A stretch of 63,854 nt of DNA, filler included, from an uncultured Methanosarcinales archaeon (GTDB lineage: Archaea; Nanobdellota; Nanobdellia; Woesearchaeales; CAYXTQ01), in the NCBI GenBank assembly GCA_964608065.1. It is 4 parts of 4 records of this genome, joined end to end, with 100 filler letters (N's around TTAATTAATTAA, not from the genome) between each part and the next. Parts side by side here need not be neighbours in the genome. Positions count along the whole stretch, not along the records: positions 1 to 16,532 come from CAZSMA010000026.1; 3 more parts are not named here. One strand, written 5' to 3'. The notes below the pieces were generated by a model, which was not told where the DNA came from, ran no database searches, and was given only the letters and a program-made list of their open reading frames with translations. This document shows, piece after piece, positions 1 through 7,855 of the stretch. Numbering within the stretch: the first letter of the stretch is position 1; each line of letters opens with the position of its first letter. The position numbers were made by a program, and so were the translations under genes.

Positions 1-252
1 TTTTTCTAAATCATCATTTAATGTTATCTTTTTATACTCTGATTTTATCAACTCAATCTGATCTGCATTTCTATCTTTAAGTAGGTTTACTATTCTTTCT
101 CCATCAGGAGTCCAAAAATTTAACCACCTTTTAATATTCACTGCATCTGCATTTGCTTCTTTTTCTGTATAACTTTCATCAGCTGCAAAAACAACCCCAC
201 TTAAAACTACTAAAAAGACAATCATCAACACAATTAATTTATTCTTAAACAA
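1..252 (-). CDS. Secreted protein with an annexin-repeat-like segment (N-terminal part, truncated by the window edge; not in the ORF track)
   Basis: Manual translation from TTG at 252 (SD-like GGTGAGG upstream; overlaps the stop of the 954-aa gene): MFKNKLIVLMIVFLVVLSGVVFA|ADESYTEKEANADAVNIKRWLNFWTPDGERIVNLLKDRNADQIELIKSEYKKITLNDDLEK, open to base 1. Confidence 0.75.
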   Translation of the reverse strand, partial: MFKNKLIVLMIVFLVVLSGVVFAADESYTEKEANADAVNIKRWLNFWTPDGERIVNLLKDRNADQIELIKSEYKKITLNDDLEK

Positions 253-3109
253 CAGCCTCACCTTCTTCTTCCTCTTCCTCATCAGTTATACCAGAGCAAG
301 CACTATCATCAACTTTTAATTGGTTCCATAATGGTTCGCAATTCTTTCCTATGCCTAAATCGCATAATATCTCTAAACCAACATTCAAAGTATCAACAAC
401 AGTGCATAATTTACATGAGCCTATTGGAGTAATACTTGTACATTGTGTTCTGCACACAGTGCTTAATGCAAATCCAATTGAATCAGCAGGATGCGATAAA
501 GCCCTTTTCACATTCTGTGTTAAATAACCAAGCGCAGATGCAAATGGAAATAAGTTAAACATTTCTCCATAAACAAACTTGCAATAACCATAGCTTCTCT
601 GCGAAGTGCACATCTGTACAGGCATACCTGCTACAGTCTGCTTCAGGCAGTTTACATACTGGCAATCAATAACCCTTGCTTTCTGCAGATTATAAAATAC
701 ACCAGGCAGGCATAAAAATGCAACACTATAAATTAAGCTGTGCTGTGGATCAACATTACCAAACCACCCTTGTTTTGAATAAGCTTTGCTCTGCAGGAAC
801 CAATCTTCTCTTGCTAAATCTCCTAATCCTAAGAATCCTGATTTTTGCTCACCAGTTTTTTTATTAATACCCCATTCTTTTTCCCATAGCTGGCAGCTCA
901 TTAATTTACATGCCGGAAAAAAGTGTGTATCATACATTCTTCTTAAATTTTGTTTTTGTATTTCGGTGAGTTCACCCACCTCTTTAGCGGTTACACATGC
1001 TCCTGCAGATACTACTGATGGCGCTCCAACAGCACAAGCTTTTGCAAATATATCTTTGATATTAGAAAATATTATTGAAATATCTTTAATCCAATTACCC
1101 ATCCTGCATAATGTCTTGGCAAACTTAAACACACCATTAAAAGTCTCAATCCACTTACCTTTAACCAACCAATTATCACTAACTCTGTCTATCTCATTTT
1201 GAATACTTCCATCTAATGTTCCCAAAGGATTATAATAATATGAAATCTTTACTGTAACATTCTCAGTCTCTATTGAAGATATCCTTTGATTCTCAACTAA
1301 AGTTCTTATCTTTAAAGTACATTTTATAGGCAATTCATCTGCAGGAGGCTCTGCTCTTTCTAAGGTATATTTCAGATAAATCTTGTAAGGTAAATCTCCT
1401 GCTTCTAAAGTGTTATAATTAAACAGCTCAGGCTTATTTCCTAAAGCAGAGCTCAGATAAGCACCATAACTTTCACCCTCTGCATTAACACAATCTCCAA
1501 TCTCCACACTTAATGGCCACATATTACTTCTACCTTTTGCTCTTAAATCAACTGGGAAATAAATATAAGGATCATAAAGTGCAATTAATTCTTTATCTAT
1601 TCCATCAGGGCTTGGATAACCAACTGAAGCTTCCCAGTAATCTATCTCTTCAGTTTCAGCAGCAAAAACAATTAAGGGATGCTCAAAAATATCTGTGTTT
1701 CCAACAACATCTGTAAATTCAAACTTTAATCTATTTACAATATATCCTTCAATATTAATCTCACTTGTTTCCCAAATACATTCCCAATAATTACCATCCT
1801 GCGCACACAGCCCTGGAATATCTTTTGCATCTTTTATAAATTTTGAAAAATCAGCTGTAGCAGCCAATGCAATTGGCTCATAAAGTGTTGCTTTTATCAA
1901 CAAAGCATTGCCTGTTTGTATATAACCTTCTATCAATGGATTAGAGCCAGCAACTGGAATTACTTCAACACTTTCAACAATTGGAGCTTTAATATCAACC
2001 TTTACATCTTTTTCCAAACTTCCAACTAATTTATTTCCTAATTTATCGCTTGTTTCAGGGCTTACTCTAATTTTATAGGTTCCATCCCTTACAGTAATTG
2101 CAACATTGTTCCAATAACAATTAGTTCCTTCGCAATCAGTTGCAGGCATAACTCCAGAACCTAATTCACTTAGGTCCAAAATAACATCACTGTTATCCAA
2201 GCCAACACCAGCTTCTGTAAAACTAGCAGTAAATTTATTTTCTATTTCCTTAACATAACTCATTCCATTATAGATTATATCTGTTTTAATATCGGTAACT
2301 TCTGGACCTGTAGAATCTATCTTAAAGTTGTAAGATAAACTTACACTTTCAAAATTTCCTGATTTATCAGCAGCTCCAAACAACAGATTAGCAGTCTTGC
2401 TGTCACTTAAACTTATAGAAGCATCAAACCTGCATTTTGCACCGTCTATGATATCAGTACAACTGCCTGGACTTAAACTTGAGTAACTTCCACTAGGGTT
2501 TAAATCATTTAAATCAGCTATGATACTGTTTCTGTCTACACCACTTTCAGAATCTGTAATATCAACATAAACATATACATCCATATTTCCTGAAACCCAA
2601 TCATTGATGTCTCTGTTGACCCTGTCAGTAACTTTTATATTACTAATACCTGGTTGTGTACTATCTTCAGAAAGCTCTTTTTCTACAACAACTGCACTGT
2701 TTATTAAATTATCATCCTTGTCTGTAACAGTAACAATCATTTCCTCACTAAGTGAAGCTTCTTTTAGACTGTAAGGCATATCATAGAATGTACATCTTGT
2801 GAATTCTGGGAATGGAATACAACTTCCTTGTTTCATGCCCCCTGATACAAATTGTCCATTAACCTGCTTTAAATCAATCATATTTATCTCTACACTGACA
2901 TCTATCAAAACATTTTGAGGAATAAAGTATTCCACTAAGTTGCTGCTGCTGTCAGTTATCACTACATCTTTTAAAGTAACAGTCATACTCTGCGCTGTTT
3001 CCTCAGTTACTTCTGTAGTGTCTATAGCTTCAGCAAAAGCTAATGGAAACATGACTATTAAATTTATCATAAACAATGCAATTATCCTCAATGTTTTTTC
3101 TTTATTCAT
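245..3109 (-). CDS. Large secreted/surface protein (954 aa): signal peptide, Ig-like beta repeats with Cys pairs, Cys-rich hydrophobic C-terminal domain, acidic tail; paralog of 10720-14220
   Basis: Signal peptide ...FPLAFA|E; repeated D-x-x-x-P linkers and D-x-x-G-N motifs; many Cys in the last ~300 aa; shared blocks with the 1166-aa ORF. Confidence 0.85.
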   Translation of the reverse strand: MNKEKTLRIIALFMINLIVMFPLAFAEAIDTTEVTEETAQSMTVTLKDVVITDSSSNLVEYFIPQNVLIDVSVEINMIDLKQVNGQFVSGGMKQGSCIPFPEFTRCTFYDMPYSLKEASLSEEMIVTVTDKDDNLINSAVVVEKELSEDSTQPGISNIKVTDRVNRDINDWVSGNMDVYVYVDITDSESGVDRNSIIADLNDLNPSGSYSSLSPGSCTDIIDGAKCRFDASISLSDSKTANLLFGAADKSGNFESVSLSYNFKIDSTGPEVTDIKTDIIYNGMSYVKEIENKFTASFTEAGVGLDNSDVILDLSELGSGVMPATDCEGTNCYWNNVAITVRDGTYKIRVSPETSDKLGNKLVGSLEKDVKVDIKAPIVESVEVIPVAGSNPLIEGYIQTGNALLIKATLYEPIALAATADFSKFIKDAKDIPGLCAQDGNYWECIWETSEINIEGYIVNRLKFEFTDVVGNTDIFEHPLIVFAAETEEIDYWEASVGYPSPDGIDKELIALYDPYIYFPVDLRAKGRSNMWPLSVEIGDCVNAEGESYGAYLSSALGNKPELFNYNTLEAGDLPYKIYLKYTLERAEPPADELPIKCTLKIRTLVENQRISSIETENVTVKISYYYNPLGTLDGSIQNEIDRVSDNWLVKGKWIETFNGVFKFAKTLCRMGNWIKDISIIFSNIKDIFAKACAVGAPSVVSAGACVTAKEVGELTEIQKQNLRRMYDTHFFPACKLMSCQLWEKEWGINKKTGEQKSGFLGLGDLAREDWFLQSKAYSKQGWFGNVDPQHSLIYSVAFLCLPGVFYNLQKARVIDCQYVNCLKQTVAGMPVQMCTSQRSYGYCKFVYGEMFNLFPFASALGYLTQNVKRALSHPADSIGFALSTVCRTQCTSITPIGSCKLCTVVDTLNVGLEILCDLGIGKNCEPLWNQLKVDDSACSGITDEEEEEEGEAVV

Positions 3110-3160
3110 TTGTTAAAATTTTCCTCCGAAAATTTTTACATTGAAAATCGTAGATTTTCA
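3110..3160. repeat. Double-hairpin intergenic element (REP-like), copy A
   Basis: gttaaaattttc-ctcc-gaaaatttttac then tgaaaatc-gta-gattttca; closely resembles 27739-27787. Confidence 0.75.
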
Positions 3161-5386
3161 TTTTTTAAATTTAGGCTCTAATTCTGATCTGTAAGTTTCA
3201 GACAATTCCTCAACTTTGCCCATCTGATCTGTATCATCAATACTTAAAAGATTAAATGAACTGCTGTCTACAGTGCTTATTACATAAAATTCTATTACAT
3301 CATTATTATCCAGCTTATCTTTGGTTATTTCAAACTCAAAAACAGCTCCGCCTTCATTAAAAGTCTCATTGAACTTCATATCATCTATTGTTACACATTT
3401 TTCTCCAATACCTGCAATACCACCAGCACATTCTTCTTTTCCTTTAAACACAACTTCTTTTCTGCCAGCTAAATCAGGGAATTTGTAGAATAAATCCATT
3501 CTTGCTTTGTATTTTCCAGGGATAATCCTTTCAAGCACTGCTTCAAATTCATCTCCATTAAATATACCATTTACAGCAAAGTCTTCTTCATTCTGATTTT
3601 CTTTTATTTTCTCTAGAGACAGCACAACATACTCATTATCTAATAAATTGACAGCCTCATTATTAAACTTCCAGGATGTGTCTTTCATCATTCTTTTCTT
3701 TTTAACAACAAAATCCTTTGTTCTATAAGGCTCTAAATCAACAATTATTTTCTCATTGTCACATAAAACATCCTCTCTTTCACAGCCAGAAGTTGTGTAA
3801 CATCTTACACTATATGTTTGAGGATAAGACCAATAACCTTGCTTTGAAACCAATAAACTGCATCCAGAACCAACACATTGTGGTAAACTAATTTCATTCA
3901 AACCTTGTTCAACAACACCAATATCACAGCTTTCACTTGTACTGCTGTAAATTACATTCACATCTTCTAACCTGTTATTGTACTGTGCATCTAAAGTTTC
4001 TATTAAAACCTTAGCACATCTTTGATTTTCCTGACACAACAAACTTGTAGTTGGAGGAGCAACTAACTCTTTATCCCTGGAGCTGCAGTTCAAAGCTTTA
4101 TTATCTCTTACATTTGCTTCTAAACCAAAAATAAAATGATAGCCTTTTTTATTTAAAGCATCTTTATCATAAATATCCACTTTTACAGGATAGCTTATAT
4201 CATAATAAAAATCATATCTTCTTATTCCAACCCAGTCAAAATAACTTACAATAGCAGACTCAGGACCAATAACATCTCCACTTACACCTCTTCCGCTGAT
4301 GTCAAAATAAATAGGCCAGTAATTCAGATATTCAAAATTTACATTTAAATCTTCATAAGTATCTCCAGAAGGACTTACTATAGGCAATGTTGCTCTTCCA
4401 TAAAAATCAGCCCTTGCATTATAATTAGCAGTGTTATAGACCTGGAAGAAACTTGTGTAATGAGGTAGTATGTTGTTTTGTACTTTTTTTTTCACATCTG
4501 TTTTTGTCCATATAACAGGGGCTTTACCAGGCTCTAATGTTGAAGCGCTTATTGGAGGCAATTTATCCTTATTCATTCCTAGACCAAAAGCAGTTAACTC
4601 TTCAATAGTCCATCTGTCTAAATACATGAACTTTTGCTCAGCATTTGTAATACCTTCTGCTAATTCATATATCTTTCTCAGGTCTAATGGAATTGTAACA
4701 TAAAATCTATCAATTCTTTCTTTTGATCTTTGTTTTTTAATCTCTAGAGGATATTTTACTTCTATTACAACACTGTCTCTGATACTTACATCGCTTTTAA
4801 CAGTTCCTACTTCATTAATATTAAATCCTTGTTCTTCAAATGCCTTAAAATTATCCAGACAATTCCTTAAATTATTATCAATGTATTTTTCTAATTGGCC
4901 TTCTATGCTTGGCTCTCCCTGTGTTTTGTATAAATTTGGTTTTTCACTTCCGCATACACAATTTTCTCTGCATCTGTTATTTGATTTGAAATAATACCAG
5001 TAAGCTACAGAACTATCTTTGTTGTTTGGGAAAACCATAAAAGCACTGCTTTCTGTTGGCTCATTAGGATTAGCATTTATTCCATGTTCATATAAATCAA
5101 CATATCCTCCTGAATTACCAATCTTAGTTAATGCATTTTCTCCTTCCCTTATAATGCAATACTCTACAAACTGCTGCACAGGTTCAAACATAACAGGAAC
5201 TTCCTCAACAACAGCTTGTTCACTTTCAATAACTTTAACTCCTTCACTTTCAATAACAATATAAGAGCCGACTATTATTAATAGAATTATTCCTAGGATA
5301 ATGAATATAGTTACTTGACTTTTTTTTTGTCTTCGAAATCCAAGATTTCTAAGATGCTCAAAAATTTTTGATTTTTGACATTTCAT
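3158..5386 (-). CDS. Large class III signal-peptide (prepilin-type) protein, 742 aa; paralog of 7856-10108
   Basis: KKS|QVTIFIILGIILLII N-terminus; colinear similarity to the 750-aa ORF. Confidence 0.85.
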   Translation of the reverse strand: MKCQKSKIFEHLRNLGFRRQKKSQVTIFIILGIILLIIVGSYIVIESEGVKVIESEQAVVEEVPVMFEPVQQFVEYCIIREGENALTKIGNSGGYVDLYEHGINANPNEPTESSAFMVFPNNKDSSVAYWYYFKSNNRCRENCVCGSEKPNLYKTQGEPSIEGQLEKYIDNNLRNCLDNFKAFEEQGFNINEVGTVKSDVSIRDSVVIEVKYPLEIKKQRSKERIDRFYVTIPLDLRKIYELAEGITNAEQKFMYLDRWTIEELTAFGLGMNKDKLPPISASTLEPGKAPVIWTKTDVKKKVQNNILPHYTSFFQVYNTANYNARADFYGRATLPIVSPSGDTYEDLNVNFEYLNYWPIYFDISGRGVSGDVIGPESAIVSYFDWVGIRRYDFYYDISYPVKVDIYDKDALNKKGYHFIFGLEANVRDNKALNCSSRDKELVAPPTTSLLCQENQRCAKVLIETLDAQYNNRLEDVNVIYSSTSESCDIGVVEQGLNEISLPQCVGSGCSLLVSKQGYWSYPQTYSVRCYTTSGCEREDVLCDNEKIIVDLEPYRTKDFVVKKKRMMKDTSWKFNNEAVNLLDNEYVVLSLEKIKENQNEEDFAVNGIFNGDEFEAVLERIIPGKYKARMDLFYKFPDLAGRKEVVFKGKEECAGGIAGIGEKCVTIDDMKFNETFNEGGAVFEFEITKDKLDNNDVIEFYVISTVDSSSFNLLSIDDTDQMGKVEELSETYRSELEPKFKK
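5330..5382. repeat. Double-hairpin element in frame within the leader of the 742-aa gene
   Basis: gaaatc-caa-gatttc (5335-5349) and tcaaaaat-ttttg-atttttga (5358-5378); leader is 17 aa longer than in the paralog. Confidence 0.55.
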
Positions 5387-5547
5387 AAGTCTTTTAACCC
5401 CTTTTGGATTAGCTCTAGATCATACATTTTTTGTTCCATTAACTCTCTAGCCAGCATTGACTTTTTCTTTCCTAATTTTTTAGCTACTTTTTGAAGTAAT
5501 TCATCTATCTCTTTAGAAACAGTTATCCTTATCTGTATGCTACTCAT
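5383..5547 (-). CDS. Ribbon-helix-helix (CopG-like) small regulator, 54 aa (not in the ORF track)
   Basis: MSSIQIRITVSKEIDELLQKVAKKLGKKKSMLARELMEQKMYDLELIQKGLKDL*: alternating beta-strand, then helix-G-x-x-K-S-helix; ATGA overlap with the 742-aa gene. Confidence 0.8.
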   Translation of the reverse strand: MSSIQIRITVSKEIDELLQKVAKKLGKKKSMLARELMEQKMYDLELIQKGLKDL

Positions 5548-5567
5548 TTTTGTTTTTGGCTATGTTT

Positions 5568-5617
5568 GACCTACAATAGGTCTTAGTTTATACTGAATAT
5601 TGTACTAATATATAAAA
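5568..5617 (-). promoter_or_regulatory. TATA box (TTTTATATA, 5609-5617) plus palindrome GACCTA-caa-TAGGTC (5568-5582), putative RHH operator
   Basis: Perfect 6-bp inverted repeat between the TATA box and the RHH start codon. Confidence 0.55.
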
Positions 5618-5640
5618 CTTTCTATAAGAAAATTATTTAT

Positions 5641-5729
5641 TTATACTTTATTTAGCCTATTTTAATACTTTAGTTATACTTTATTTAGAAATATTATACT
5701 TTATTTATCCATTATTTATACTTAATTTT
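5641..5729. repeat. Phased direct repeats, consensus TTATACTTTA(TTTA)
   Basis: Copies start at 5641, 5663, 5674, 5694, 5716 (spacing 22, 11, 20, 22 bp). Confidence 0.65.
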
Positions 5730-5736
5730 GTATAAA

Positions 5737-6951
5737 TTACTCTTGAATCTCACTTAAAGTATTGCAGCTGTTTCTTAAATATTCATTAGTTATTTTATTA
5801 CAAACACTATAATCCTTATTCATGACAAAAGTTAGATAACAACTATCTCTTCTGGAATCTGTTGAAATTCTCTCGCATATCTTGCTGTCATTAGTTACTT
5901 CTGCGACTTTTTCATAGCATTTGTCTTTTGCCCTGTCTTCTTCCACATATTTACAATTATCTACTAACTTTGTTACCTCAGCTAATCCAACAAAACAATT
6001 ATCTCTATAAGTTATTTGAGGTATTTCTTTGCAATAATCTCCAGCTAAATCTGGATCAGTAGATGCAATCTCTTTTATCTTTTCTATCCTGTCATACATA
6101 GTTAATCCAAAAAATATATCACCGCAGTCTTTTTCACAGTTTTCATAATCTTCTCCATCTTCACAAATACTGTTTCCGCAGCAATCTTCTATTGTATCAT
6201 GCTTACATTCATAATTAGTTTCATAGCTGCAGTAATCCTCAGTACATTCATTATCATCATCACAGTTTGATGGGCAGCTTGCGCAAGGTTGGCAACTTCC
6301 ACCACAATCTACTCCTTTTTCATCTCCGTTTTGGATGTTGTCAAAACAGTTTGGCTCTATTTCTTGTGGTTCTTCAGGCTCTTCTATTCTTTCTTTTTCT
6401 ACAACAAAACTTTCAGAAGCTCTTGCTTCCTGGTCTTCATATCTTGCTATAACCTGTAAATCATAATTTCCTTCTAAACCATCTTCAGGAACATTTATAC
6501 TTAATCTTTTAGAAGTTGTTGTCTCTATAGCTATAGCCTGTTCTTTGCTGTTGACAACCTTATTTTTGCTGTCTCTGATAAAATATCTTAAATTAATATC
6601 ATATCTTCTTTCTGATCCTAGGTTTGTAAGTTCTACATTAAAATCCAGATCTTCACCTGGCTCTAGACTTGTGCTGTATAAATCAACTTCAACATCCAGT
6701 AATCTTTCAGTATTTTCAGGATTAAAATAAACCAAAAAAGCTGAGAAAATTAATCCTAAGCTTAAAACAATGCTTACAATCAGGACAACTGTATTTTTAG
6801 GAATATGGTGCTTAGTGTATAAATGACCTATTGCTTTGTCAACTGTTTCAGAACTATAGCCATGCTCAATCAAATGCTGTTTTACAGTATTTATATCAAA
6901 ACCTTTAGCTAATTCTGCCCTTATGTAGTTTAGTAAAGCTTTGTTAACCAT
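5737..6951 (-). CDS. Single-pass membrane protein (404 aa): short cytoplasmic helical domain, TM, Ig-like domain, Cys-rich repeats
   Basis: TM VVLIVSIVLSLGLIFSAFLVYF; CFDNIQNGDEKGVDCGGSCQPC; CDDDNECTEDYC; C-x-x-I...R-D-x-C-Y repeats. Confidence 0.8.
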   Translation of the reverse strand: MVNKALLNYIRAELAKGFDINTVKQHLIEHGYSSETVDKAIGHLYTKHHIPKNTVVLIVSIVLSLGLIFSAFLVYFNPENTERLLDVEVDLYSTSLEPGEDLDFNVELTNLGSERRYDINLRYFIRDSKNKVVNSKEQAIAIETTTSKRLSINVPEDGLEGNYDLQVIARYEDQEARASESFVVEKERIEEPEEPQEIEPNCFDNIQNGDEKGVDCGGSCQPCASCPSNCDDDNECTEDYCSYETNYECKHDTIEDCCGNSICEDGEDYENCEKDCGDIFFGLTMYDRIEKIKEIASTDPDLAGDYCKEIPQITYRDNCFVGLAEVTKLVDNCKYVEEDRAKDKCYEKVAEVTNDSKICERISTDSRRDSCYLTFVMNKDYSVCNKITNEYLRNSCNTLSEIQE

Positions 6952-6952
6952 T

Positions 6953-7492
6953 TTATATAACTGTCCATTCTTTTGTTTTGTATTTCATCTCCCAAACTTC
7001 CAAAAAATCTTCAAAATAGCTTGTTTGATTTATAGGGACCAAAACAGCACCTATACTAACTCTGTCTCCTTTAATTTTTTTCAAGTTTTTTTTTAAAGCA
7101 ATCCCAAACAACGTCTTTTTTGACTTGTTAAGATGCTTTAAGTCATATGCGTAAAGCCTCATTGGCCTTATTTTTGATATATCCCTTAAAAAACCATCTT
7201 GTTTTACACTATACCCCTCATTTAATAAACTTAAAAATAATGAACTGTAAATATCATCAAAAGTGATAAAATCCAAATGCGCCTTTTTAACACCTATATC
7301 CTTCTTTAATTTAGAGGCTAACTTAACATCTTTTTCTTTCACAATAAAAGCTAAATCAATATCTTTAGGGTTATCCCTTCCTTTAACAAAAGACCCAAAA
7401 ATTATGATATCTTCTACATCATCATATCTTTTTAAGATCCTCTTCAAATTCTTTTTCAATTCCACTAGTCTCGGCAATTTCTTTGATTGCAT
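6953..7492 (-). CDS. Minimal nucleotidyltransferase (MNT, antitoxin-like) with an extra C-terminal domain
   Basis: IIIFGSFVKGRDNPKDIDL = GS...DxD Pol-beta NTase motif; C-terminal ~70 aa resemble the ORF at 14213-14500. Confidence 0.85.
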   Translation of the reverse strand: MQSKKLPRLVELKKNLKRILKRYDDVEDIIIFGSFVKGRDNPKDIDLAFIVKEKDVKLASKLKKDIGVKKAHLDFITFDDIYSSLFLSLLNEGYSVKQDGFLRDISKIRPMRLYAYDLKHLNKSKKTLFGIALKKNLKKIKGDRVSIGAVLVPINQTSYFEDFLEVWEMKYKTKEWTVI

Positions 7493-7781
7493 ATTTTACC
7501 TCATCACAATCCTTCTTGTTCATAATATGATCATAAGAATCTGTATAAGTTGTAAATACTCCATCCACTATCTTATGGACATCTGGGAAAGATACTCTTA
7601 AAAAAAGGAAAATTTCAGTATGATTTTTAGGAGCTTTCCTTAACTTTTCTGTTATTAAATAAGAGCATAATATAGTTAATACCTTGTAATAATTGCTTAC
7701 AGCAGGACCATATCTTTCTTTAGATTCAGAACTAATTCCTTCTTCCAAAAATTCCTTAAATATTTGTTTGTGTTCTCCCAT
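7422..7781 (-). CDS. HEPN-like protein (partner of MNT)
   Basis: All-helical ~119 aa with AVSNYYK and PKNH, overlapping the MNT gene; own TATA near 7838-7846; ATG at 7781 preferred to TTG at 7793. Confidence 0.7.
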   Translation of the reverse strand: MGEHKQIFKEFLEEGISSESKERYGPAVSNYYKVLTILCSYLITEKLRKAPKNHTEIFLFLRVSFPDVHKIVDGVFTTYTDSYDHIMNKKDCDEVKYAIKEIAETSGIEKEFEEDLKKI

Positions 7782-7855
7782 TTTGATTATCAAAAATTAA
7801 ACCATTTTTATCTTTTAATTTTGACTATCAATATGCTTATATATAAATCTTTTGA

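Noticed and set aside
676..1716. Short antisense ORFs here and throughout the ORF track
   Set aside because: Opposite strand of long, well-supported genes; no motifs
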